From Treponemataceae bacterium (GTDB lineage Bacteria; Spirochaetota; Spirochaetia; Treponematales; Rectinemataceae): a DNA stretch of 64,000 nucleotides. The notes beneath the pieces were generated by a model. The model had not been told where the DNA came from, ran no database searches, and saw only the letters and a program-made list of their open reading frames with translations. The position numbers and the translations under genes were made by a program. The stretch's first letter is position 1. Every line of letters begins with the position of its first letter. Below are positions 1 through 8,672 of the stretch, piece after piece. The stretch covers positions 32,001 through 96,000 of the forward strand of contig CAXXGJ010000038.1 in the NCBI GenBank assembly GCA_963677895.2. The letters are read 5' to 3'.

Positions 1-2
1 AA

Positions 3-578
3 GAGGGAAGGCCGGCCCGTTCCGTTCCTCTCGAGGACGACGAACTCGAATCCGTACGCGGCGCCTTTCTCATCACGATGAAGAAGGAAATTTTCGTCTG
101 CAATGTGGACGAGACGGGCGTGAACGGAAACGCCCACGTGGACGCCGTGCGCAAGATCGCCGAGGGCATGGGATCGGAAGCTGTCGTCATCTGCGGCAAA
201 TTCGAGGCCGAGCTGGCCGATATCCAGGACCCGGAGGAAAAGGCGGAATTCCTGTCCGACATCGGACTGAAGGAATCCGGTCTCGCCAGTCTCATCCACG
301 CGGCGTATAGGCTCCTGGGGCTGCGCACCTTCTTCACGGCCGGCGAGGACGAGTGCAGGGCATGGACCATCAAGGCGGGGAACAAGGCGCCGCAGGCGGC
401 CGGCGTCATACACACCGATTTCGAAAAAGGTTTCATCAAGGCTGAAGTCTATCATTATGACGATCTTGTCGCCCTCGGCTCCGAGCCGGCCGTAAAGGCC
501 GCCGGCAAGCTCCGCCAGGAAGGGCGAGAGTATGTCGTCCAGGACGGGGATGTCGTCTTCTTCAAATTCAATGTCTGA
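3..578 (+). CDS. ychF: Redox-regulated ATPase YchF (5'-truncated by window edge)
   Basis: Frame open from position 3; C-terminal TGS-domain motifs TFFTAG..ECRAWT, APQAAGVIHTDFEKGFIKAE, EGREYVVQDGDV. Confidence 0.96.
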   Translation, partial: EGRPARSVPLEDDELESVRGAFLITMKKEIFVCNVDETGVNGNAHVDAVRKIAEGMGSEAVVICGKFEAELADIQDPEEKAEFLSDIGLKESGLASLIHAAYRLLGLRTFFTAGEDECRAWTIKAGNKAPQAAGVIHTDFEKGFIKAEVYHYDDLVALGSEPAVKAAGKLRQEGREYVVQDGDVVFFKFNV

Positions 579-1203
579 GAATGTCCCGCTCGATGGCTTT
601 CCTCCGGCTGGCGCGGTCGAGGAAAGCGAGGATCCGCTCTTTCTGATTCTCGGCTCCTTTCCCTCGTTACGCTCTCTCGAGAAGCGCGAATACTATGGAA
701 ACCCGCAGAATCATTTCTGGAAGATAATCCGCGATTGTTTCGGGCAGCCCGAGCCCCATTCCTATGCCGAGAAAATCGAAATGCTGAAAATGGCGCGGAT
801 TGCCCTCTGGGACATCTTCTCCTCCTGTGAAAGGCCGGGAAGCCTGGATAAGGACATCTCCCGGGCTCAGCCCAATCCTATAGCTGAATTCCTGCGCCGG
901 CATCCGTCCATCGTCGCGATCGGCGCGAACGGGGGAGCCGCCGCCCAGGGATTCTCGAGAGAATTCATCAAAGAATCCGCCCTGGTTGAAGGTGGCGGCG
1001 GAGGCGGTAGTGGTGGTGGCGGCAGTGGCGGGGCGGCGCTATTTAGAACCGGCGACAGTCTTGTCTGGACGCCTGGTTTTTCGCCGGAGCTGCGCATTCG
1101 CGTAACAAGACTTCCCTCGACAAGCCCCGTTCCCACGGCTGTCTTCAAGACAATAGCGGACAAACTGCCGCACTGGAAAACATTTTTTACTATACATATG
1201 TAG
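571..1203 (+). CDS. Uracil-DNA glycosylase superfamily protein, DNA-deoxyinosine (hypoxanthine) glycosylase type
   Basis: LILGSFPS..SL..EYYGNPQNHFW, IALWD, GSLDKDI, NGG, LPSTSP motifs; ATG 571 overlaps the ychF stop; contains a Gly/Ser insert. Confidence 0.85.
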   Translation: MSENVPLDGFPPAGAVEESEDPLFLILGSFPSLRSLEKREYYGNPQNHFWKIIRDCFGQPEPHSYAEKIEMLKMARIALWDIFSSCERPGSLDKDISRAQPNPIAEFLRRHPSIVAIGANGGAAAQGFSREFIKESALVEGGGGGGSGGGGSGGAALFRTGDSLVWTPGFSPELRIRVTRLPSTSPVPTAVFKTIADKLPHWKTFFTIHM

Positions 1204-1211
1204 GCCACTAC

Positions 1212-1240
1212 TTGCCTCGAATGACCTAATATCGTATCCT
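1212..1240 (+). promoter_or_regulatory. Putative sigma70 promoter of uvrA
   Basis: TTGCCT-17 bp-TATCCT, ending 11 nt before ATG 1252; no SD. Confidence 0.5.
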
Positions 1241-1251
1241 TGTGGCATCGT

Positions 1252-4083
1252 ATGGATAAACTAATTATTAAAGGCGCCAGGGAGCATAATCTAAAGAATA
1301 TAGACCTGGAACTTCCGCGCAATAAGCTCATCGTGATATCCGGACTTTCGGGATCGGGCAAGAGTTCGCTCGCCTTCGACACAATTTTCGCGGAGGGGCA
1401 GCGACGCTATGTCGAATCCCTCTCGTCATACGCGAGAATGTTCCTCGGCCGCATGGACAAACCCGACGTGGATTATATCGAAGGCCTGTCCCCCGCGATC
1501 TCCATAGAGCAGAAGACGACACACAAAAATCCCCGCTCCACGGTAGGCACGGTTACCGAAATCCATGATTATTTCCGCCTTCTCTACGCGAGGATCGGAA
1601 CGCCCCATTGCCCCTCCTGCGGCCGCGTCATCAAAGAACAGAGCGTCGACCAGATTCTGGACGTGATACTGTCCTGGCCTTCAGGCACCAAACTGCAGAT
1701 CCTGGCTCCCGTCGTGCGCGCCATGAAGGGCGAGCACAAAAAATGGTTCGAGGACGCGCGGAAGCAGGGATTCGCGCGCGCGCGCGTCGATGGCGAGATG
1801 CGGGAGCTTGAGGAAGATATTTCGCTCGAGAAGCAGAAAAAACATACTATCGAAGTGGTCGTCGACAGAATCAAGCAGGGACCCGACGTGAGGCGGCGCA
1901 TAGCCGAGGCCGTCGAAACCTCGCTCCAGATCGCCGATGGCGTCGTCATCGTGCTCAGGGAATCCGACAAAGGCGTTTCCGAGGAATTCTTCAGCCAAAA
2001 AGGCGCCTGTCCAGAGTGCGGCATTTCGCTTCCGGAGATGGAACCTCGTCTCTTTTCGTTCAACGCTCCGCAGGGCGCCTGTCCCTCATGCACCGGCCTG
2101 GGACTCAATCTTGAGTTCGAACCCGACCTCTGCATCCCGGACAAGAGCCTGTCCTTCAACGAGGGCGGCTGTCTTCCCTATAATCCCTCGTCCGCGTGGA
2201 ACAGATCCAGGTTCGAAGCCCTCGCCACATATTACAGATTCAGCCTCGATACAGCCTTTGAGGATTTGAGCCCGGCGATCATGAAGGCCATACTGTACGG
2301 AACCGACGACCCCATAAAATACCATTACGACAACAGGGACAATACGGGGCATTTTGAATACAACACGAAATTTCCAGGAATTCTGGCCGATCTCAAGCGA
2401 CGCTACAGGGAAACGACGAGCGAGGGCGTAAAGCAGTGGCTGGAAAACTTCATGACTGAAAAGCCCTGTACGGCCTGCGGCGGGAAGCGCCTTCGCCCCG
2501 AGGCCTTGGCCGTGACGATAGGGGACAAGAACATAAACGAAGTCTCTTCCATGTCGGTGGAGGAAGCGCTCAAATTCTTCTCCGCCGTGACCTTCACCGA
2601 TGTGGAAAAGCAGATTTCCAAGCAGATTACGAAGGAAATCAAGGCGAGACTCACCTTCATGAAAAATGTGGGTCTGGAGTACCTGACGCTGGAACGAAAG
2701 GCTGCCACGCTTTCCGGAGGCGAAGCGCAGCGGATACGGCTCGCCACGCAGATCGGCAGTTCCCTCGTCGGCGTGCTCTATATACTGGACGAACCTTCCA
2801 TCGGACTTCATCAGCGCGATAACCAGCGTCTCATCGATACGCTCCTCTATATGCGGGATATCGGCAACACCCTCATCGTCGTCGAGCACGACGAGCAGAC
2901 GCTGCGGACCGCCGACTACATCGTCGACCTCGGCCCAGGCGCGGGAGAGCATGGCGGCAAGATAGTCGCGCAGGGCACGCCCGAAGAAGTCATGCGTTCG
3001 AGCAAAAGCATTACCGGACTGTACCTCGCGGGGAAACTCTCCATAGAAGTTCCGGCGGTCAGGCGGGATGGAAACGGAAGGGAAATCGTCGTGCGCGGCG
3101 CCCGCGAACACAACCTGAAAGACCTGGATGTGCGGATCCCGCTCGGGATGTTCGTATGCATCACCGGCGTATCGGGTTCGGGGAAAAGCACGCTCCTCAC
3201 CGATCTTCTCTATCCGGCCATCTCCAACCGCGTCATGCATTCCAACCTTCTGGAGGGCGAGTACAGCGGTATCGAGGGCATCGAAAACATCGACAAGATC
3301 ATCAATATCGACCAGAGTCCCATCGGCAGGACGCCGCGTTCCAACCCGGCGACCTATGTCGGGGTCTTCACCGCCATCAGGGAACTCTTCGCCAACTTGC
3401 CCGAATCGAAGGCAAGAGGCTGGAAGTCGGGCCGATACAGCTTCAACGTGAAAGGCGGGCGCTGCGAAAATTGCCAGGGCGACGGCACGCTCAAGATCGA
3501 GATGAATTTTCTCCCCGACGTCTATATCGAATGCGATGTCTGCCATGGGAAGCGGTTCAATGCCGACACCATGGATGTGCGCTATAAAGGCAAGAACATC
3601 GCCGATGTCCTCGAGATGACGATAGAGGAAGCGGCAAAGTTTTTCGCGCATATCCCTCCGATCGCTCATAAATTCGAAACCCTCCTTTCGGTGGGGCTGG
3701 GATACGTCAAGGTCGGGCAATCCGCGCTGACGCTTTCGGGCGGAGAGGCGCAGCGCATCAAGCTGGCCTTCGAGCTCGCCAAGCGTTCCACGGGCAAGAC
3801 GCTCTATTTCATGGACGAACCCACGACGGGCCTGCACTTCGCCGACGTCAAGCAGCTTATGGAGGTCATCCAGCGGCTCGTGGACGCGGGCAACAGCATC
3901 GTGATGATAGAGCACAACCTCGATGTCATCAAACTGGCCGACTGGATAATCGATCTGGGCCCCGAAGGCGGAACGAAGGGAGGCAATATCATAGTCCAGG
4001 GAAGGCCGGAGGAAGTCGTCAAGAACAAAACTTCCTATACGGGGAAATATCTCCGGGAGTACTTGGGAAGCCATCGCGCTTAA
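1252..4083 (+). CDS. uvrA: Excinuclease ABC subunit A
   Basis: GAREHNLKN, two Walker A motifs (GLSGSGKSS, GVSGSGKST), two LSGGEAQR signatures, CxxC zinc fingers; 943 aa. Confidence 0.99.
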   Translation: MDKLIIKGAREHNLKNIDLELPRNKLIVISGLSGSGKSSLAFDTIFAEGQRRYVESLSSYARMFLGRMDKPDVDYIEGLSPAISIEQKTTHKNPRSTVGTVTEIHDYFRLLYARIGTPHCPSCGRVIKEQSVDQILDVILSWPSGTKLQILAPVVRAMKGEHKKWFEDARKQGFARARVDGEMRELEEDISLEKQKKHTIEVVVDRIKQGPDVRRRIAEAVETSLQIADGVVIVLRESDKGVSEEFFSQKGACPECGISLPEMEPRLFSFNAPQGACPSCTGLGLNLEFEPDLCIPDKSLSFNEGGCLPYNPSSAWNRSRFEALATYYRFSLDTAFEDLSPAIMKAILYGTDDPIKYHYDNRDNTGHFEYNTKFPGILADLKRRYRETTSEGVKQWLENFMTEKPCTACGGKRLRPEALAVTIGDKNINEVSSMSVEEALKFFSAVTFTDVEKQISKQITKEIKARLTFMKNVGLEYLTLERKAATLSGGEAQRIRLATQIGSSLVGVLYILDEPSIGLHQRDNQRLIDTLLYMRDIGNTLIVVEHDEQTLRTADYIVDLGPGAGEHGGKIVAQGTPEEVMRSSKSITGLYLAGKLSIEVPAVRRDGNGREIVVRGAREHNLKDLDVRIPLGMFVCITGVSGSGKSTLLTDLLYPAISNRVMHSNLLEGEYSGIEGIENIDKIINIDQSPIGRTPRSNPATYVGVFTAIRELFANLPESKARGWKSGRYSFNVKGGRCENCQGDGTLKIEMNFLPDVYIECDVCHGKRFNADTMDVRYKGKNIADVLEMTIEEAAKFFAHIPPIAHKFETLLSVGLGYVKVGQSALTLSGGEAQRIKLAFELAKRSTGKTLYFMDEPTTGLHFADVKQLMEVIQRLVDAGNSIVMIEHNLDVIKLADWIIDLGPEGGTKGGNIIVQGRPEEVVKNKTSYTGKYLREYLGSHRA

Positions 4084-4085
4084 TG

Positions 4086-4125
4086 TTGCATCCCGGCATC
4101 CGACCGGTGTACTATCGCCTAGATG
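4086..4125 (+). promoter_or_regulatory. Putative promoter giving a leaderless transcript of the LptD-like gene
   Basis: TTGCAT-18-TACTAT, then 7 nt, then ATG 4123; no SD. Confidence 0.5.
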
Positions 4126-7100
4126 TTTCGCAAAGCCATTGCACTCGGCCTCGGTATTTTCCTCGCGCTTTCGGCGTTTTCCCAGTCACAGGAGGCCTCG
4201 CCCTTAAGCGCGACCTCAAGCGTGGCTTCTGGCGCGCCTGAGGCCGCCGAGGCTGTAAAGTCGGCTGATGTCCTGGCGGCCATGTCCGAAATCGAACGCA
4301 AATCCCTCGCGCTTGATATAGCCATCAGCAATTATTACGAACTCAGGGCCATGGCCGAAAAATACGGGCTTTCCGCGGAAGGCTTGAGCCAGGAGTTGCG
4401 CTCCCGGCTTTACGAATTCTTCAAGCTCTCGCCGCCGGCCACGCCGCCCTCGGCCTCCAGCATGACGATAGAGAGCGCCTCCAATCTGGAATATTTCACC
4501 CTTGAAGGCAGCCAGGACAGCTATATCAGGCTCTCGGGCCCTCTGACGCTGAAAATCACGACCAATGACGGTTTCAGCCACAAGATCCAGGCCGATGAGA
4601 TTGTTTTCAACAGGGACAAGGAAATCGTTCAGGCGAAGGGTAATGTCCTCTATATTCGCGAAGGGCAGGGGCGCAGCGACGAATTCAGGGGGTCCACGAT
4701 CCTCGTCGATCTGAAATCCTATTCCGGAGTATTTCTGGACGGAGTCTATAATCTCGATCCTTCCGCCGCGGTCAAGCGAAGCCTTTCTTTTCATTTTGAA
4801 AAGCTGACGAGGAGGGCAACCGATCTCACCATACTTGAAAACGCCCTCGTCACCGCCTGCGAAGATCCCCAGCCCCATTATCATATCAGGGCGAAAAAAG
4901 TGTGGCTTTTCGAGAACGGCGACTGGGCCTTGTCCGGCGCTACGCTCTACCTTGGCGTCGTTCCCGTTCTGTGGCTTCCGTTTTTCTACTACCCGAACGA
5001 TGAAATCGTCTTCCATCCCGTCATTGGGTATCGCTCGAGGGAAGGGGCTTTCGTCCAGACGACCACCTACCTTCTCGGGGCGATGAAAAGGGAAACGAAT
5101 TCTTCCAGCAGTCTTTCCCTCTTCAACGAGGAGGGAAGCGGCGGAACGACGGAGCTGTCGGGGATTTTCATCAAGCGGCTGCAGTCAGCCTCCGTCGACG
5201 GCGAAGACGGCGCGGGGAAGGCCTCGAAATCTTCGAATGGCCGGACTCTCAAACTGCTCGCCGACATCTATTCGGCCTTGGGCATTTATGTCGGCTTGGC
5301 GGGCACGATTCCAGAGACAAAATCCGGATCCCTGGATTTCACGGTCGGCATGGGCTTGAGCCGTTCGCTCTTCCTCGAATCGAATGGTTTCTATTCGCCC
5401 TTCGACTCCTCGAACGGAAATGTCTCCAACTGGAACTCCTCCAACTTCCTCGGCCTCGCCCTTCCGTTCAGGTTCGGACTGGACGCCACCTATTCGTACA
5501 AGAAGACTTCAGGTCCGCTGCGTTATTCTGTAGCCGTCAAAATGCCTTTCTATTCGGATCCATATTTCGAGAAGGATTTTTACCAGCGAAGCGAATCTTC
5601 CAACATGCTCGCGGCCATCGACGCCAATACCACGGCCGTATCGAAACGGACTTCCATGACGCAAAGTCTGCAATCCAGCCTTAGCTGGTCAGTCCAAAAC
5701 GCCAAGGGGCCTTCGCTCCTGCAAAGCGCCTCCGTTTCCAAGCTGGCGGCGCAGATGGCGTGGAAATCCAAGTCGCAGCCGACCACGGGGCTCACGACCG
5801 CCCAAAAAAGGATGCTGGCCGTGGATCCGCAGCGGGATTTCTTCTATCCGGATAGCCTGAAGTTCCTGGACAGCACTTTTTCCCTCTCGGGCACCTTTAT
5901 TCAATACGATTCAAAGGCAAAAAAGACAGGAGACGCTAACGCCGCGCTTCCTGAAGCGGCCGGAGAAACCGGATCCGAGGTTATTGAGGGCGATGACGGA
6001 AATTCAGTTCCTTCGGCGGAAAACGAGGGCGCCAAGCTCGCTGCCGCAGATTCATCGCTCGCGGCATCGGAAAAGAAGCCGAGGGATTTTTCGCAGAGTT
6101 CGATCAACCTAGGCTGGACGGCATCGGGCTCTACGAGCATCGAGGAAAAATTCTATTCTTCGGATTGGATCTACCCCGAGGATGTGGATACTTCGCTTTC
6201 CTACCTTCTTGCCGGGTGGAAGGGGAGCGCGACGCTGACATCCAGCGGCAGCTGGGCTGAAAGACTGCTGGCCATGCAGACTAGCCTTGGATTCAGCTCC
6301 CAGGATCAATGGAGGCCCTATCTCAGGGATGATAGGATTTCGCCCACGACGGTCCATCCGTACCGATTGTCAGATTATTCCTATCGATCGACGACGGTCG
6401 ACGCGAGCGCCGCTCTGTCGGTTTCCCCTTTCCGTTCGGGCACTTCCTTATCGGCTTCATCCCTGCAATATTCCATCGGCGGCACGCTGTACAAGAACAA
6501 GTACTCGGGGTTAACCGATGACGGAAAGGATTCCTTGCCGATCTATACTTCCACATGGATAGGCTGGAACAGCGATACATTAAGCAGCCATGCCCTTTCG
6601 GCCACGATGTCCTTGGCTCCCAGGAACAAAGCGTCGCAGCGGTTGAGTTTTACCGCTTCGCTGCCGCCTCTCCTGGAGAAGTATTCGGCCGCCTACGCTT
6701 TCAGCAGGAAGTATTTCCAGGCCAATCTCACTGGGGCGATTTCCAGGGCGAGCAGCGGCGCCGAGCTGCTTCCCTCCACTCTGAGCGCCCAGCTTGTCCT
6801 GGGCGCCTCGCCCTTCCCGGTGCTCAAATCCGATTTTTCATGGGATTTCGACGAAGCGGCTCCTCTCTCGAGCATTACTTCGCTGGAATACGGCTGGGCG
6901 AAAACGGCTTTCACCGCCAAAAAATCGAAGGGCTATTCCTTTTCGGACGGCCTGTGGAGCACCGACGGCACCGAAAGCTTCAGGCCCTACGAAGCTTCGC
7001 TTTCCTTGACGCCGAAGATCGGCGAGGCATCGGTTAAAACCGATCAAAACGGTTCCTCACTTCAGTTTTATCTGCGTCCCACGATTTCGTATACGCAAAA

Positions 7101-7551
7101 TCTCGTGCGGTTTACGGAATCCACCCTGGGCGCGAGCATAGATCTCTCCCTTAAAAGCGCCGAGGGCACCTCCCTGAGCATCTCGAGCGTCTCGGCCAAC
7201 AAATCGGCCTGGCGTTACTGGCCAGCGCTCTTTCCCTCTTCGGGGAGCTTCAATCCATCGGACTACTACAGGAATATTCTGACCGACCTTGCCAACTCTC
7301 TCTCCCTATGGGACAGCGCCAAGCTCAAGAGTTCGCTGTTCAAGCTGCAGAGCTTCAACCTTGAATTGGCCCAGGATTTGCACGATTGGAATCTGGAAGC
7401 GGCGCTCGGCATGAGTCCTGTGCTCGTCACGCCCGACAGCGGCCGACCCTACTACCAGCTTGATTTCTCTTTCAGCCTCGCGGTTACCTGGAAAGACATT
7501 CCGCAGATAAAGGCGTCGAAAGTCTACGAAGAAGGCGGATTCACTGAATGA
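4123..7551 (+). CDS. LptD-like outer-membrane protein (spirochaete type)
   Basis: Signal peptide; OstA-like N-terminal part (IVQAKGNV); LptD-like TAC..PHYHIRAKKV..LYLGVVPVLWLPFFYYP; Ser/Thr/aromatic-rich beta-strand C-terminal part; 1142 aa. Confidence 0.7.
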   Translation: MFRKAIALGLGIFLALSAFSQSQEASPLSATSSVASGAPEAAEAVKSADVLAAMSEIERKSLALDIAISNYYELRAMAEKYGLSAEGLSQELRSRLYEFFKLSPPATPPSASSMTIESASNLEYFTLEGSQDSYIRLSGPLTLKITTNDGFSHKIQADEIVFNRDKEIVQAKGNVLYIREGQGRSDEFRGSTILVDLKSYSGVFLDGVYNLDPSAAVKRSLSFHFEKLTRRATDLTILENALVTACEDPQPHYHIRAKKVWLFENGDWALSGATLYLGVVPVLWLPFFYYPNDEIVFHPVIGYRSREGAFVQTTTYLLGAMKRETNSSSSLSLFNEEGSGGTTELSGIFIKRLQSASVDGEDGAGKASKSSNGRTLKLLADIYSALGIYVGLAGTIPETKSGSLDFTVGMGLSRSLFLESNGFYSPFDSSNGNVSNWNSSNFLGLALPFRFGLDATYSYKKTSGPLRYSVAVKMPFYSDPYFEKDFYQRSESSNMLAAIDANTTAVSKRTSMTQSLQSSLSWSVQNAKGPSLLQSASVSKLAAQMAWKSKSQPTTGLTTAQKRMLAVDPQRDFFYPDSLKFLDSTFSLSGTFIQYDSKAKKTGDANAALPEAAGETGSEVIEGDDGNSVPSAENEGAKLAAADSSLAASEKKPRDFSQSSINLGWTASGSTSIEEKFYSSDWIYPEDVDTSLSYLLAGWKGSATLTSSGSWAERLLAMQTSLGFSSQDQWRPYLRDDRISPTTVHPYRLSDYSYRSTTVDASAALSVSPFRSGTSLSASSLQYSIGGTLYKNKYSGLTDDGKDSLPIYTSTWIGWNSDTLSSHALSATMSLAPRNKASQRLSFTASLPPLLEKYSAAYAFSRKYFQANLTGAISRASSGAELLPSTLSAQLVLGASPFPVLKSDFSWDFDEAAPLSSITSLEYGWAKTAFTAKKSKGYSFSDGLWSTDGTESFRPYEASLSLTPKIGEASVKTDQNGSSLQFYLRPTISYTQNLVRFTESTLGASIDLSLKSAEGTSLSISSVSANKSAWRYWPALFPSSGSFNPSDYYRNILTDLANSLSLWDSAKLKSSLFKLQSFNLELAQDLHDWNLEAALGMSPVLVTPDSGRPYYQLDFSFSLAVTWKDIPQIKASKVYEEGGFTE

Positions 7552-7627
7552 AAGAGCGGTGGCGCGCCGCCCGTGACCCGATGCTAGCGGCTTGATGGCC
7601 GTAGCCTGGCGCCGGCAGCCTGGATAA

Positions 7628-7677
7628 TATACAAATCGCGCCCGCATCGATATACTTCATGATACGACATGAAGTAT
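7628..7677 (+). promoter_or_regulatory. Putative phoH-operon promoter overlapped by a 10-bp inverted repeat
   Basis: TATACA-17-TATACT (7628-7656); ATACTTCATG-N6-CATGAAGTAT at 7652-7677. Confidence 0.5.
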
Positions 7678-7700
7678 GTCATGGCATATAAGGAGAGGTT

Positions 7701-8672
7701 TTGAATTCGGAGAGCATTATATTGGAAAATACCGAATTGCTCGCTGAACTCTGCGGACCCAATGATTACAATCTTTCGATCATAGGGGATTTGTTGGGAA
7801 CCAGGGTTCTGAGCAGAGGAAACGAGCTGTCGATCGAGAGAGGGGACGAGGATAAACAGCGTCTTTTTTCCGCCCTGATCGATGCCCTCGTGACATCGGT
7901 GGAAGGGGGACTCCCGGCGACGCCCGATCTCATCATCGCGCTTCACGCCGAGCTGACGCCGCTTGGCCGCCAACTCTCGAGGGAAGAACGCGAATCCTCC
8001 TGCGAAGATTTCCTCGATTCCTGTATCCAGGTGCCTGGGAGCCATATAAAGATATATCCGCGGAGCAAAGGGCAAGGTCTCTACCTGAAGGGCTTGGCCA
8101 CACACGATCTCGTCTTCTCCGTCGGCCCTGCGGGAACGGGCAAGACCTATCTCGCGATGGCCTGGGCGCTCAGGGAATTGCTGGTAAAAGCCAAAAGGAA
8201 ACTCATCCTCACGAGACCCATCGTGGAGGCGGGAGAGAGCCTGGGCTTCCTTCCCGGTGATCTCGTCCAGAAGATAAACCCCTACCTGCGTCCTCTCTAT
8301 GATGCCATGGAACTGATTCTTCCCTTCGAAGCCATAAGACGCCTCGAGGAATCCAGATCCATAGAGGTGGCGCCGTTGGCCTATATGAGAGGTCGAAGCC
8401 TGAGCAACTGCGTCGTGATATTGGACGAAGCCCAGAACACTACCAAGGAGCAGATGAAGATGTTTCTGACCCGACTCGGGGAAAACTCGAAAGCGATCGT
8501 GACCGGGGACATCACCCAGATAGATCTGCCCAAGAGAACCGAGTCCGGACTCGTCCACGCGATCCAGATCCTTTCGAATATCGACGACGTCTTCGTGAAT
8601 CGCCTCGATTCCCGCGACGTGGTGAGAAGTCCATTGGTCAGAAAAATCATCGAAGCCTATGAAAATGAATGA
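7701..8672 (+). CDS. phoH: PhoH family ATPase
   Basis: GPAGTGKT, LTRPIVEAGESLGFLPGD, PLAYMRGR, ILDEAQN, GDITQIDLP; TTG start with SD AAGGAGAGG. Confidence 0.95.
   Translation: MNSESIILENTELLAELCGPNDYNLSIIGDLLGTRVLSRGNELSIERGDEDKQRLFSALIDALVTSVEGGLPATPDLIIALHAELTPLGRQLSREERESSCEDFLDSCIQVPGSHIKIYPRSKGQGLYLKGLATHDLVFSVGPAGTGKTYLAMAWALRELLVKAKRKLILTRPIVEAGESLGFLPGDLVQKINPYLRPLYDAMELILPFEAIRRLEESRSIEVAPLAYMRGRSLSNCVVILDEAQNTTKEQMKMFLTRLGENSKAIVTGDITQIDLPKRTESGLVHAIQILSNIDDVFVNRLDSRDVVRSPLVRKIIEAYENE

Noticed and set aside
2086..4074. 662-aa antisense ORF over uvrA, and similar ones at 7584-8870, 23758-24969, 46283-47692 and 54635-55666
   Set aside because: Shadow ORFs opposite well-conserved genes, expected from GC-rich codon bias; no recognisable motifs.
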